Assembly: GCA_964035545.1 (NCBI GenBank)
Contig: OZ037765.1
Coordinates: 17,298,995 to 17,362,994, forward strand
DNA length: 64,000 nucleotides
DNA from: Bugula neritina
Lineage: Eukaryota > Animalia > Bryozoa
Direction: 5' to 3'
Every line of letters starts with the position of its first letter. The first letter of the stretch is position 1. Shown piece after piece: positions 1-10,919 of the stretch. The notes under the pieces are model-generated. The model was not told where the DNA came from, did no database searches, and saw only the letters and a program-made list of their open reading frames with translations. A program made the translations under genes and the position numbers.

Positions 1-38
1 GCCCCAATACCAACAGCACCAACAACAGAGTCAAGGGT

Positions 39-276
39 TTTGAATGAGAAATGTCAGAGGTAGAAGTGGTGGATGGAGAGGAATAACAAACCGGGGAAGA
101 GGACGAGGTGGATACTTCAACCAGGGGAAGCCTCAACCCTACTACCAATCTTCTCCCTTTGAATGAGAAATGTCAGAGGTAGAAGTGGTGGATGGAGAGG
201 AATAACAAACCGGGGAAGAGGACGAGGTGGATACTTCAACCAGGGGAAGCCTCAACCCTACTACCAATCTTCTCCC
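39..276 (+). repeat. Exact 119-bp tandem duplication in the gag 3' region
   Basis: 39-157 and 158-276 read identical (tttgaatgagaaatg...tcttctccc); the period is not a multiple of 3. Confidence 0.95.
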
Positions 277-590
277 CGGTACCCTCATCCACCACCACAA
301 CTTCCTTCCTGCCCACCTCAACCACCCTCTCACCAGCAACCACAATGTAATCAGTGCTCTGGTCAACAGAGCAAAACCAAAGATTACAGTGGGACGCGAC
401 CCATCAATGCGATTGAGAGCCTAGAGGGTGATAAATTTGCCGAGGCACTTCTGACTCAGCCTCCTCGAGATAAGATAACTGATGAATCAGTGAATTCAAT
501 TCAAACCTTTCCAAATGAATTCCTCTCTGACAGGAAACCCAGAGGAAAAAGAAGCAGCGAACGGGGGACTGGTTTGTCAACAATACAAAC
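163..590 (+). pseudogene. gag: Gag C-terminal (nucleocapsid-like) region, in frame with the env-like ORF
   Basis: RGG-rich tract (RGRSGGWRG..RGRGRGG), Pro/Gln-rich tract, CNQC (possible degenerate zinc knuckle) and INAI motif; no capsid domain inside the window. Confidence 0.6.
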
Positions 591-591
591 C

Positions 592-2690
592 TACATGTTG
601 GCACTAGTGGCAATGTGTATGCTGAGCAGTAGAACCGCAGCCACTGCACCAGTAAAAGGCACAGCTTTCCTGGGACCAGTGTTGGCCAGTCAGAGTCTCA
701 CCAGCATATTATCTGTGTTAGTGTTGACAACAGTAGTGAATGCATTGTCCAACACGCCGGTTTTTAACACTACACAGAAGGCACAGCCACAGTATGCCAG
801 GTATCCTTTGGTGTATAGTTCCAGTGAAGTGAGGCGACCATCTATTTATCAATTGAATCATGACTTCCAATGTGATCCGACTCCAAGACCCAATAGTACT
901 CATGTGCCAACCCCTGTGAAGGCTATGGTTTACAGAAAAAATGTAGCGGAATGGCGTACAGCAGCATACCAATGCACTAAAATGCTGTACACCATCTCCA
1001 CACAGATATCACTTTTTACGGACGTGAAAACTAAGAAGGAATCTCACCGGTCACTGCCAGTTAGCCGCAGCAAATGTGAAGATATGGTACTAGAGAAAAG
1101 ATGCAATGAAGGTGCCCTATCTGGAAGTGATAGTGTATACACTACAAAAAACAAAGCTGCAAGATTAGCTTATGTTTGGTGCTGCAAGTGGATTGACTTT
1201 GAAGTGAAACAATGCAGTTATATTACAGCTTCGGTATACAAGACATTTGAGAAAAGTTCTTTTGAAAGCACCGCAGGCGACGTTTCTCATTGCAACTCAT
1301 ACTCTGATGGCTACTGCAAACTCAGAGATCAATCTATGCTGATATGGGAAACAGAACGAGAAGCTAATTGTCCATACAAAAAGTGGTATGAAGTTGAAGG
1401 AAGTTTCCTTGATGGCTATTTTGTTAGTAATCAAGAAGACTTGACTAACATTCCGCAAGAACTCCTTTGGAAATATTACCACTTGTGACGGCAAGTCCGG
1501 CACAATGTCGGACCAAGGTTTGCTTGTCGTTTTTAATACTTCAGACCTGTTCAACACCACTCTAACGCAACATGTTGAAAATGCTCCTGGATTAGAATGG
1601 GACAGCAGGGATCGTTTGAGTTCAGCATAGGCTGTAATTGACGTTACAGCTCAGTCCCTAGAAGTACAGATTCTTGGAATCGAATCGAAACTGTATTGGA
1701 CATCTTATCAATATACCTGTAAAAACATAGTTCAAGTCCTCAAAACCGTAGCCCTACTCGCAGAGCAGCATGCGACGAGTACAGCCAGATACTTACTAGG
1801 GGTAAGCAATATCCGTCCGAGTCTGGTCCTGGGTTTCTGAAGATTTACCCATGTGCGGAAATAAAAAGCTACAAAATGCTCCCTATGCCAGAGAATAACT
1901 GCACCATGTTTATTCCAGTAGAATTGGACTTAGTGGGGAAACGCACACTGGTTTCATAGATCCAATGGGTAACATTATTCACACACAAAGTGCACAAGCA
2001 CCATACACGTCCAAATCAGCAATTGCATTCCAGATGAACGATGAATTGTTTTGGTACAACCAAGATGGTAACGTAGAAAAGGTTAATCTTGGAGAAGACC
2101 TGAATTTACCTGGAATTTCTCTAGGTGTACACCCTCTTAAAATCCATGAAAAAATCTACAGCCGTGCCCATCACCTAAGTTGGCCTGACCTGTCAGCACA
2201 CTCTGACTTGAATGAATTGCTGACTACTTTGTCAAGACAGAAACAAGTTTTAGAAGCGATGGGAATTCAGTCCAACAGACATGTTTCCTTTAAAAACAAT
2301 GTCGTTGAGTTGAAAGAGAACTTGATAGGAAACTCTTGGTTTGCTTTCCTGTTTGGAGGACATGTGGTGAGTGCATTCGAATTGTGGACTTTGATATCCA
2401 ACTGTTTAGTCACCATATTGTCAGTTGCATTGCTAGGTATTTTCCTATATAATCGATGTTGCCAGCGAATGAGAAATATTGTAGCAGCTATTGACATTGA
2501 GGACACAGAGGACACATCTGACAAGGATGTTGAGGCAGGAGAACAGGATGGGCTCCTGGACGCTTCCGATCAGACTAGCTTCACAGAATTTGTAGATATG
2601 GTAGAGATGGACACTAGACCAACACCTAGTGCTCCTTCGCCTGCATATTCAATTCAGCAATATCGCCCCCTCTATCTGAAACTGCAATGA
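592..2690 (+). pseudogene. env: Env-like class III fusion glycoprotein (rhabdovirus G / chuvirus G / herpes gB-like), disrupted
   Basis: Hydrophobic leader segments at 592-627 and 703-744; Cys-rich ectodomain with several N-x-S/T sequons; C-terminal TM at about 2382-2450 followed by RCC and an acidic tail; ORFs 163-1488 and 1965-2690 join through frameshifts near 1445, 1815 and 1945 and one TAG near 1628. Confidence 0.8.
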
Positions 2691-3375
2691 CTAGAAGCTG
2701 ACACACCCAGTACTAGTAGCCGTATTGAAATAGTAGCAGGAATAAATGGTAGTCAATGTAGGAGTGCATTAATTGATGTCAAAATAGCAGGAAAGCCGTA
2801 TCAAGCATTAGCTGATGCCGGGGCTACGGTGACATTGATGCGCTCTGACATTGCTAAAAGATTGAGTTTACCGTTATATTCAGGTACCTTGACTCAAAAG
2901 GGGTTAACAGCTCTAAACTTCATATAATAGGACGCAAGGCTGCTGAGATTACAATTGGATCAAAAGTGTTTAAGCAGTGTTTTCATGTAGCTGAAGATTT
3001 TGGCCATGAGGTACTGCTTGGAACTGATTTTCTTAGCGAACTGAGTGATGTCATCTACAATTTTGCAAAAGGAGAAGTAGTGGTACTTACAGAGGTAAAA
3101 GATACAGAAAAGGATGGAGTATTTATGACGAAAGGTCACATGTCTAATAAACCAAAACCCTTACTGATAGGCAGAGCATTGAGCAAGTCAAAGGAAAAGA
3201 GAATGCCGACACCTATCATTAATACAGGAGGTGAAACTCTGAAAATACAAGTGAACACTGTAACAGGAGAAGCTTCGGAAGTAGATGAAGACGAGATATT
3301 GATGACCAATATCAGTGAAACAAAGCCTGGACCAAAACGTGATCTTGGAAAACCCTCGATCAAAGCAAGACTATC
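2691..3375 (+). pseudogene. Aspartic protease and spacer (frameshifted)
   Basis: In frame after TGA 2688-2690: IDVKIAGKPYQALADAGATVTLM (Asp codon at 2814); VLLGTDFL motif in ORF 2966-3379. Confidence 0.85.
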
Positions 3376-4760
3376 TTGAACGATGATGAAATGAACCAGC
3401 TTAGAAATCTTGTCAACAAGTTTTCTGATATCGTCGGGGAGGGCATATCAGAGCTCGGCCGAACAGATATAGTACAACACATTATTGAGACAAAACCTGG
3501 AACTTTCCCTATAAGAAGTCGTCCCTACAACATACCAGTTGGATTGAGAGCTGAAGTCAAGAAACAAATTGACAATCTAGAACAGGGATTGATTGAGATG
3601 TCTTCTGGACACTGGTCATCTCCGATAGTGCTAGTGAAAAAGAAAGATGGCTCATACCGATTTTGTGTCGACTACCGCAAATTAAACGGCGTAACTGAGA
3701 AGCAGTCTTTGTGTTTGTTTTCGATCGCGAATGCTATGGAGATAATGCATGGAAAAAAATATTTTAGCACTATAGATCTCTGCTCCGGATTCTTTCAGAT
3801 TGGGCTGCATGAAGATTCACAAGAAAAATCTTCTTTTATTACTCCATGGGGCTCATATAAATGGAAGGTAATGCTACAGGGCGCGCATCTGGTAGTCCAA
3901 GCACTTTTGCCAGACTATCAATGGCAATTATGGCAGATCTAATCAGCGCTGGTTCTAGTGTTGTGTACTTAGATGACTAGTTACTGGCGCCTGAAGACTT
4001 TGACTCTCAAATTCGGCTGATACGTACCGTGTTCAAGAGACTACACTTTGCCGGACTAAAATTTAGACTGACAAAGAGCCACTTTTTCCAAAAGGAAGTT
4101 GTCTATCTGGGACATGTCATTACTCAGGATGGTATTACAGTGGCACCCCACAACGTTGAGAAAATTCAAAAGTTCCCTCAACCAACAAACAAAACTGGAG
4201 TAAGGAGATTGCTAGGACTTTTTGGATTCTACAGAAGTTTCGTAAAAGGGTATAGTCAGCTTGTCAAGCCATTGACAAGGCTGACAGCTGACGACACAAA
4301 GTTTGAATGGGATAGTGTCTGTGAAGAAGCCGTGAAAAAGCTCAAGGACATCATAACATTGGCACCCATCTTAGTATTCCCGGATTTCAGTTCTACTTTT
4401 ACATTGACAACTGATGCATCTTCAACCGCGATAGGAGCCGTACTCTCACAAAAGAAAGAAGAGGGAAAGCAACACCCAGTGTCTTTTTATAGCAGAACAC
4501 TGACAACAGCAGAAAAGAAATGGGAGCCATGTGAGCAAGAACTTTATGCCATACTCTGCTCTGTTAAACAATACCGTGGGTACCTCATGAACACCTATTT
4601 CTACATACAGACAGACATGTCTTGCCTCTACTTACTGAAGACTGCTAACCTTTCTGGCCGCCTTGCCAGATGGGTAGCACAACTATCCGACTATGACTTT
4701 ACAGTAATTCATACTCCAGGAAAAGAAAATGTTGTCGCAGATGCATTATCACGTGCAGAG
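3376..4760 (+). pseudogene. pol: Reverse transcriptase and RNase H (disrupted)
   Basis: PIRSRPY, SSPIVLVKKKDG.YRFCVDYRKLN, IDLCSGFFQI, VYLDD at 3963-3977 followed by TAG, YLGHVI, TDAS, ELYAI, ADALSR. Confidence 0.95.
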
Positions 4761-5886
4761 TTTATAAATATGGTATCTGGAGACCGAGGAAAATCGGCAG
4801 ATGAATTTGCAACAATCCAAAGATTTTTACCTAGGACCAATTCTGCTCTATAAACATAAACAGAAGTTTCCAGCAGTTATGTCAAAAAGAAATTCAATGA
4901 TAGTTGCTAAGGAGAGTGAAAGCTTCCGACTGATTAAAGGTGTGCTCTATAAGAAAATTGATGGAAACTGCAAACTGGCAATACCCGTTTCCCAGAGGCG
5001 TATTATTATATGGACCGCTCACGACTCTCTGACAGCATTACACCAGGGTATTACCAAGACGCGTTTGAAATTGCAGTCACAATACTAGTGGCCTCACATA
5101 AATAGAGATGTCACAGACTATATCAACCAATGCAACTCTTGCCAAAAGAAGAAAAATCCTAAGCTACCCATGAGAGTTCCACTCAAAAATCAAATGGCAA
5201 CGGAGCCCTTTGAGATACTGTCTGTTGATTTCCAAGGACCATTTGTTTTGTCAGACAGTGGAAAGAAACACATCTTGGTGTGGACAGATCATTTCACAAA
5301 ATGGATCGAGATGGAAGCTACAGCGGACCAATCTGCATTGACTGTAGCACAGTCATACATAAATCGCATATTTTGTCGGTTTGGAGCCAGCAAAATAGGG
5401 GGGGGATGGGGGCACATTGAACAGTGGGACACATTGAGACTTTGAATTTTTTTGAAACTGTCTTTCTTTAGAAACTAAATTTTTTGGTCACATGACAGGA
5501 AACACCATGCTTTGTCATCCATCTTGAAATTGGGAACCTAGGAGCAATTCCAAAGGATTGGTGAGTAAAAGTTGTTTTACTAGGTAAAAAGTAAATTTTT
5601 GGATACTTTGATAAATTGTGTTGTTTTTAAAATAATGCAATATGCACTAGTTTTCAAGTAAATATGTTCTCACAAGTCAGTACTAAGCATATTAGTGTTA
5701 ATATAAGTAAAATACCTATGCAAATTTTTATAGCACCATCATGTTCACAAAATTACCCATTGGGGCTGATTGAGACGCACTGGAGGGGGCTGATTGAGAC
5801 ATGTCTCAATCAGCCCCTTAAATATAAAATATTGTCAGTAACATTATATTGTGTTACTTCTATTCTAATTTTAGTACAGTAGCACT

Positions 5887-8652
5887 ATGGTGAGAAATAG
5901 AAAGCCAACTAAAAGAACTAGACCAGATGACTCCACCATTGCTGACGCAGTTGAATGTGTGATGAACAACACTATGTCCATTAGAAAAGCTTCCGCAATG
6001 ATTGGTATGCATAGAGCCACCTTGCATCGCGCTATTGCAAAAAGAAGGAATGCACCCAATGGCAACATATTATTATTTTTCCAGCCTCAATATGGTCACC
6101 AAAAAGTGTTTACTGAAGAACAAGAGAACAGTTTGAAAGAATATATTATAACAGCATCCAAGATGCATCAAGGAATGACTAAGAAAATGGTTCGAGAGTT
6201 TGCATATGAGTATGCAAAACCTCTGAGTAGTAAGAGACCTGTATCCTGGGATAAAAATGAAATGGCAGGTATGCTTTGTGACATTGCATTGAGATCAAAG
6301 TTTGGAATATAAAGTTTGAAACATGTGCAGGTGCATAAACACAAATATTAAGGTTGGGAATAAGGCTATTCACCAATATAATGTTAATTGATGGTCATCA
6401 TTTACGTTTTACCACTAGGAAGTAGATAAATAAAGATACTTTAAGTATGCTTGCCACCTGCTAGGTAATTGTACCTTATGGTTACCGATTATAATTTTTA
6501 TTTCAGGAGAGGATTGGATCTATGGATTTAAAAAGCGTCACATCACTTTATCGGTTAGAACACCGGAGGCGACAAGCCTTGCTCAGCCTTGCATCGCGCT
6601 ATTGCAAAAAGAAGGAATGCACCCAATGGCAACATATTATTATTTTTCCAGCCTCAATATGGTCACCAAAAAGTGTTTACTGAAGAACAAGAGAACAGTT
6701 TGAAAGAATATATTATAACAGCATCCAAGATGCATCAAGGAATGACTAAGAAAATGGTTCGAGAGTTTGCATATGAGTATGCAAAACCTCTGAGTAGTAA
6801 GAGACCTGTATCCTGGGATAAAAATGAAATGGCAGGTATGCTTTGTGACATTGCATTGAGATCAAAGTTTGGAATATAAAGTTTGAAACATGTGCAGGTG
6901 CATAAACACAAATATTAAGGTTGGGAATAAGGCTATTCACCAATATAATGTTAATTGATGGTCATCATTTACGTTTTACCACTAGGAAGTAGATAAATAA
7001 AGATACTTTAAGTATGCTTGCCACCTGCTAGGTAATTGTACCTTATGGTTACCGATTATAATTTTTATTTCAGGAGAGGATTGGATCTATGGATTTAAAA
7101 AGCGTCACATCACTTTATCGGTTAGAACACCGGAGGCGACAAGCCTTGCTCAGGCTACGAGTTTCAACAAAAGCAATGTATCAGCGTTTTTTGAGAATCT
7201 TCAATCTGTTCTTAAGAAATATAGATTCACGGTCAGTGATATATATAACGTGGATGAAACTGCTTTGACCACCGTTCATAAGCCTGAAAAGATTCTGACG
7301 AAAAAAAACTTAAAGCAGGTTGGCCTTCTGACTTCGGCAGAAAGGGGTAATCTAACTACACTTGTGGGTTGTATTAATGCCCAGGGTGGGTCTATACCGC
7401 CATTCATGGTGTTCCCACGAGTTTATTTCAAAGATTCTATGCGAAGTAGGGCTCCACCTGGCTCAACTGGAACAGCCCAAATATTTGGTTGGGTTAACAA
7501 AAAGATATTTCAACAGTAGTTGAAGCACTTTGTGGAGTCAACTAGATGCTCTCTAGAAAAGCCTGCCTTACTGCTACTAGACAATCATATGAGTCGTTTG
7601 TCAATTGTAGCCATCAATTATGCAAAAGAAAATAAAGTGATTTTACTCACATTTCCCCCGCATTGCAGCCATAAGCTCCAACCTCTGGACAGGTCTGTCT
7701 ACGGCCCCTTGAAAAGATATTACAATGACGCCTGTTCTAGATGGATGTTGAACCATCCTGGTCGCACTATCTCTATTCATGATGTTGGTGGTCTTCTTGG
7801 AGATGCTTATCCAAAAGCTTTTACACCATGCAATATAACATCAGGATTTCGCGTTGCAGGAATTTATCCATTTAACCCGGATGTTTTTGGAGAAGATGAG
7901 TTTCCCCATCAGCTGTCACAGATCGGCCTGATCCCAACATTGGTAAGCCGCTGAACAGTCTCGGACCTGGCCGATCAAGTACATCACAGCCATCAGCACA
8001 CATGCTTACTTCAAATGGTCCTTCTACAAGTGAGGTACATATCACCACTAAACAACAACCTACTGCAGAAGAAATCAGAACTTTTAGTAAAGCGCTGCCT
8101 TGAAAACAAAACACCTATAGAAAAAAATCCAAATCCCAAATACTTACAAATACACCAGTCAAACTGCAACTTGAGCAAGAGGGGCTAGCAAAGATGAAGA
8201 AACCTAGAATGAAGCAAAAGCTAGCGAGAAAAAATTAATTTTCTTCAGAAAGTGAAGGAGAGTCCGCGAATGAAATTCTTGCTAAACAATTAGCGAATGA
8301 GGACAGCTCAAGTGATGAGTTGATACCTGAGGACAATAAAGACATTTTGGCTATGTCCGAGAAGGCAAAAGTTGGCTCAAACGTTCTTGTTAAATTTCAA
8401 AGTAAACGGCGAACATGCCACTATGTTGGAACCATTACTGAAACAGATGGTGTGATTAACAAAGTGTCATTTTTTAAAGCTATTGAAGGGGCAAAGACTT
8501 CATTTGTCAAACCTGATGAAGAAGATATTGCAAAGGTTGATAATGAAGATTCTGTTAGGATCTTGCCCACACCTAACATCACCGGTAGAATAAACCGACT
8601 CGCTGAGAGAATAGTATTTGACATAGATCTCTCATGCTACACTACTCGGTAA
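5887..8652 (+). pseudogene. Transposase (HTH_psq + CENP-B-type HTH + DDE_1) with an intron, disrupted
   Basis: MSIRKAS..IGMHRATL, FTEEQE, GT-AG intron 6269-6506 giving [39 protein letters not shown]; stops at 7517 and 8101, frameshifts and an internal duplication. Confidence 0.9.
6020..7153 (+). repeat. Exact 567-bp tandem duplication within the transposase, including its intron
   Basis: 6020-6586 and 6587-7153 read identical; duplicated ORFs appear in the track. Confidence 0.95.
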
Positions 8653-10577
8653 TATCAGTCATGTGTAACACTACATGTTGGTACAAGCCTACCAAATTGT
8701 TTTACAATCTAATGCCAATAGCCACAATTTGAACCAAGTCTGTAACCTTTTTGCCAATATTTTGCGGACACACTCGCTAAGAATTGAGAAAATTACGCAG
8801 AGGTTCATGTCATTTTAGCAGTTGCCCCATTTGATAATCTGTGTTTTAATTGACCAACTGTTTTTGTAGTGGACAGTTATTTTATAACCTTTCTAGCAAT
8901 ATTAGAGAAGTATGCAAATGTTCACATTGCTGTGAATTGCCGTATTTTATCTGTATTTGTTTACTTTAGGCAACTTATTCTACATTTATTGTCGTTTTCA
9001 TGCTTTTAACACTCATTTTGTGCCACCAAAGAATGTTGCTGTAGCTATAAGCCGTCATAGAATCTGTCTATCAATAAATTGTAAAACAAAACAAAAATCC
9101 CACTTACAATGCTTTGCTATAAGGTCACACGAGAGTTGGTTAAGCATCAATATATGTGGACTTAAGTATATTTTTGAAAAATTTTGTTTTATAATTTTTG
9201 TGTTCTAGTCATTGTTATAATATAGTCTCAATGCGCCCCGCCGCATGTCTCAATGTGCTCCGCTATAGGGGCACTTTGAGACAGCAAAAAAAAATGTAAC
9301 GGCCACAAACACATTCTTTTACTAAAAGATAGAGGTCTGAAATTTACAAATTATATACGCAAAGGATGAGAGATTAGTAGTCCACATCCAAATTTTATAC
9401 TAGTGAAATACTTTTTGATTTACACTGAAAAATGCTAAAATTGTCTCCATGTGCCTCCATCTCTCCTACTTATAAATGACCGTGCTAAAAACTTCTTAAG
9501 CGACGTTGTTAAAGAAATCAACAAGCTACTGAAAGTTGATTATCGGTGGACTACCCCTTACCATCCACAGTGTAACGGACAAGTTGAGGTGTACAATCGA
9601 TCCATAGCCCACATGATCTCTCACGTTGTCAACGACACTCACACTAGTTGGGACACCTCTGTCCCTTTTGTCCATTTGGCACACAATAGCTCGCGCCATA
9701 CTATTATCAACGCATTTCCTAGTATGCTTCTTTTGTGCAGAGAACCAAGAATTCCCCATGAGCTGACACTGCCAACAGTTTCGGGCCAGACAGCGCCGGG
9801 TACATATGCGGCAGAGCTGCATCACAGAATGACTAGTGTTTGGGCAGCAGCACGGGAAGCTATTGGTCACTCAAAGAGACTACAAAAGAAGTATTATGAC
9901 AAGAACACAACACCATCTAACATTATGATGGGTGATGCTGTTCTTTACTAAATAAAATAGGATACAATAACCGCACATCTAAATTGATTAAGAGATGGCA
10001 GGGCCCTTATATTGTCAAAAGTGTGACAGAAACCAATGCATTCATCCAACTTTTTGATGATCCCGATTCACAGCCTCAGCAAGTTCATTTGAACAACCTA
10101 AAAATGTATCTTGGACCCCTAGTTCGCGGAGCTGAAAGCCCTTATCTCGACATTGATTTGGAATTAAGTGCATCAAATGGAGAGCCTGACATTGATAAGA
10201 ATGATGGAACGAATGCACATAGTAGTACGAGCGAAGAAGCGGGTAGTTCAGGACATATATCCCAACACAGCGAGTCTGAACCAGACTTAGCTGAGCCCGT
10301 TCAACCTAAAACCAAGCCTGACACCCCTTTGAATGAACGAAGGCTCGGACTGCATAACAGACCTAAAAGGAAAAGGGACCCGCAGTTTGTTTATAGTAGC
10401 AGCATTCAGTAGCTCATCTACTTCACTTTTACATACTTAATAACATGATACATAACCATATTCACACCCGTTTCATTACTTTACATAACCATGCAGATAT
10501 ACCAGATATACTAATATTTACTGCCATATTAATAATCAAGTTTTTCAATAGGACACAGGAGTTTTCCTCTTGTTCAC

Positions 10578-10586
10578 AGGGGGGAG
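10578..10586 (+). promoter_or_regulatory. Polypurine tract candidate of the Gypsy element
   Basis: AGGGGGGAG about 170 bp downstream of the integrase stop. Confidence 0.55.
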
Positions 10587-10919
10587 CACTTCAACATATT
10601 TTTCAGCATTACAGGTTAACATCCTCTACAGTTTTGGCTTCTTATAAAACAAACTTACTAAAAAATTGCAGATATCAAATTGACTTTTGATTAAAATAAA
10701 ATTGAGTAAGTATTGGGGAAATTGAATCAAATCAAGCGGAAATTTTAAATATTCAAAGTTGGGTAAAATGCGGAGTCGATTGCTATCACCACTTCCTGTG
10801 ACTTATGTCTATAATATTCATAATTAGTATATTTTTAGTAAATGTTTACTTATAGCTAAAGTCTTGTTTTTTTAATTTTATCAACAGAAATAGTTCATCA
10901 AAAAAAATAATGAAAATAT

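Larger units (their letters stand above)
5398..9466 (+). mobile_element. pogo/Tigger-like (Tc1/mariner superfamily) DNA transposon, 4069 bp
   Basis: TA at 5396-5397 and 9467-9468; imperfect TIRs GGGGGGGGATGGGGGCACATTGA versus reverse complement GGAGAGATGGAGGCACATGGAG; internal DDE_1-type transposase. Confidence 0.92.
4761..10412 (+). pseudogene. Integrase, split into 4761-5397 and 9469-10412 by a transposon insertion
   Basis: H..H...CNSC zinc finger, DFQGP, DHFTKW; removing the insert restores FGASKILINDRAKNF; TTPYHPQCNGQVE and GPY motif downstream. Confidence 0.93.
1..10590 (+). mobile_element. Decayed Ty3/Gypsy (Metaviridae) LTR retroelement with gag-env-pol order; 5' end lies outside the window; interrupted by a DNA transposon at 5398-9466
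   Basis: PR-RT-RNaseH-IN order with gypsy motifs (ALADAG, WSSPIVLVKKKDGSYRFCVDYRKLN, YLDD, TDAS..IGAVLSQ, ADALSR, HHCC zinc finger, TTPYHPQCNG.VE, WQGPY); polypurine tract at about 10578-10586; several frameshifts and stops. Confidence 0.93.

Noticed and set aside
3978-7519. Several apparent TGG>TAG stops (3978, 5086, 7517) as a deaminase-editing signature
   Set aside because: Too few sites, one lies in a DNA transposon, and no consensus is available for comparison; ordinary decay explains them
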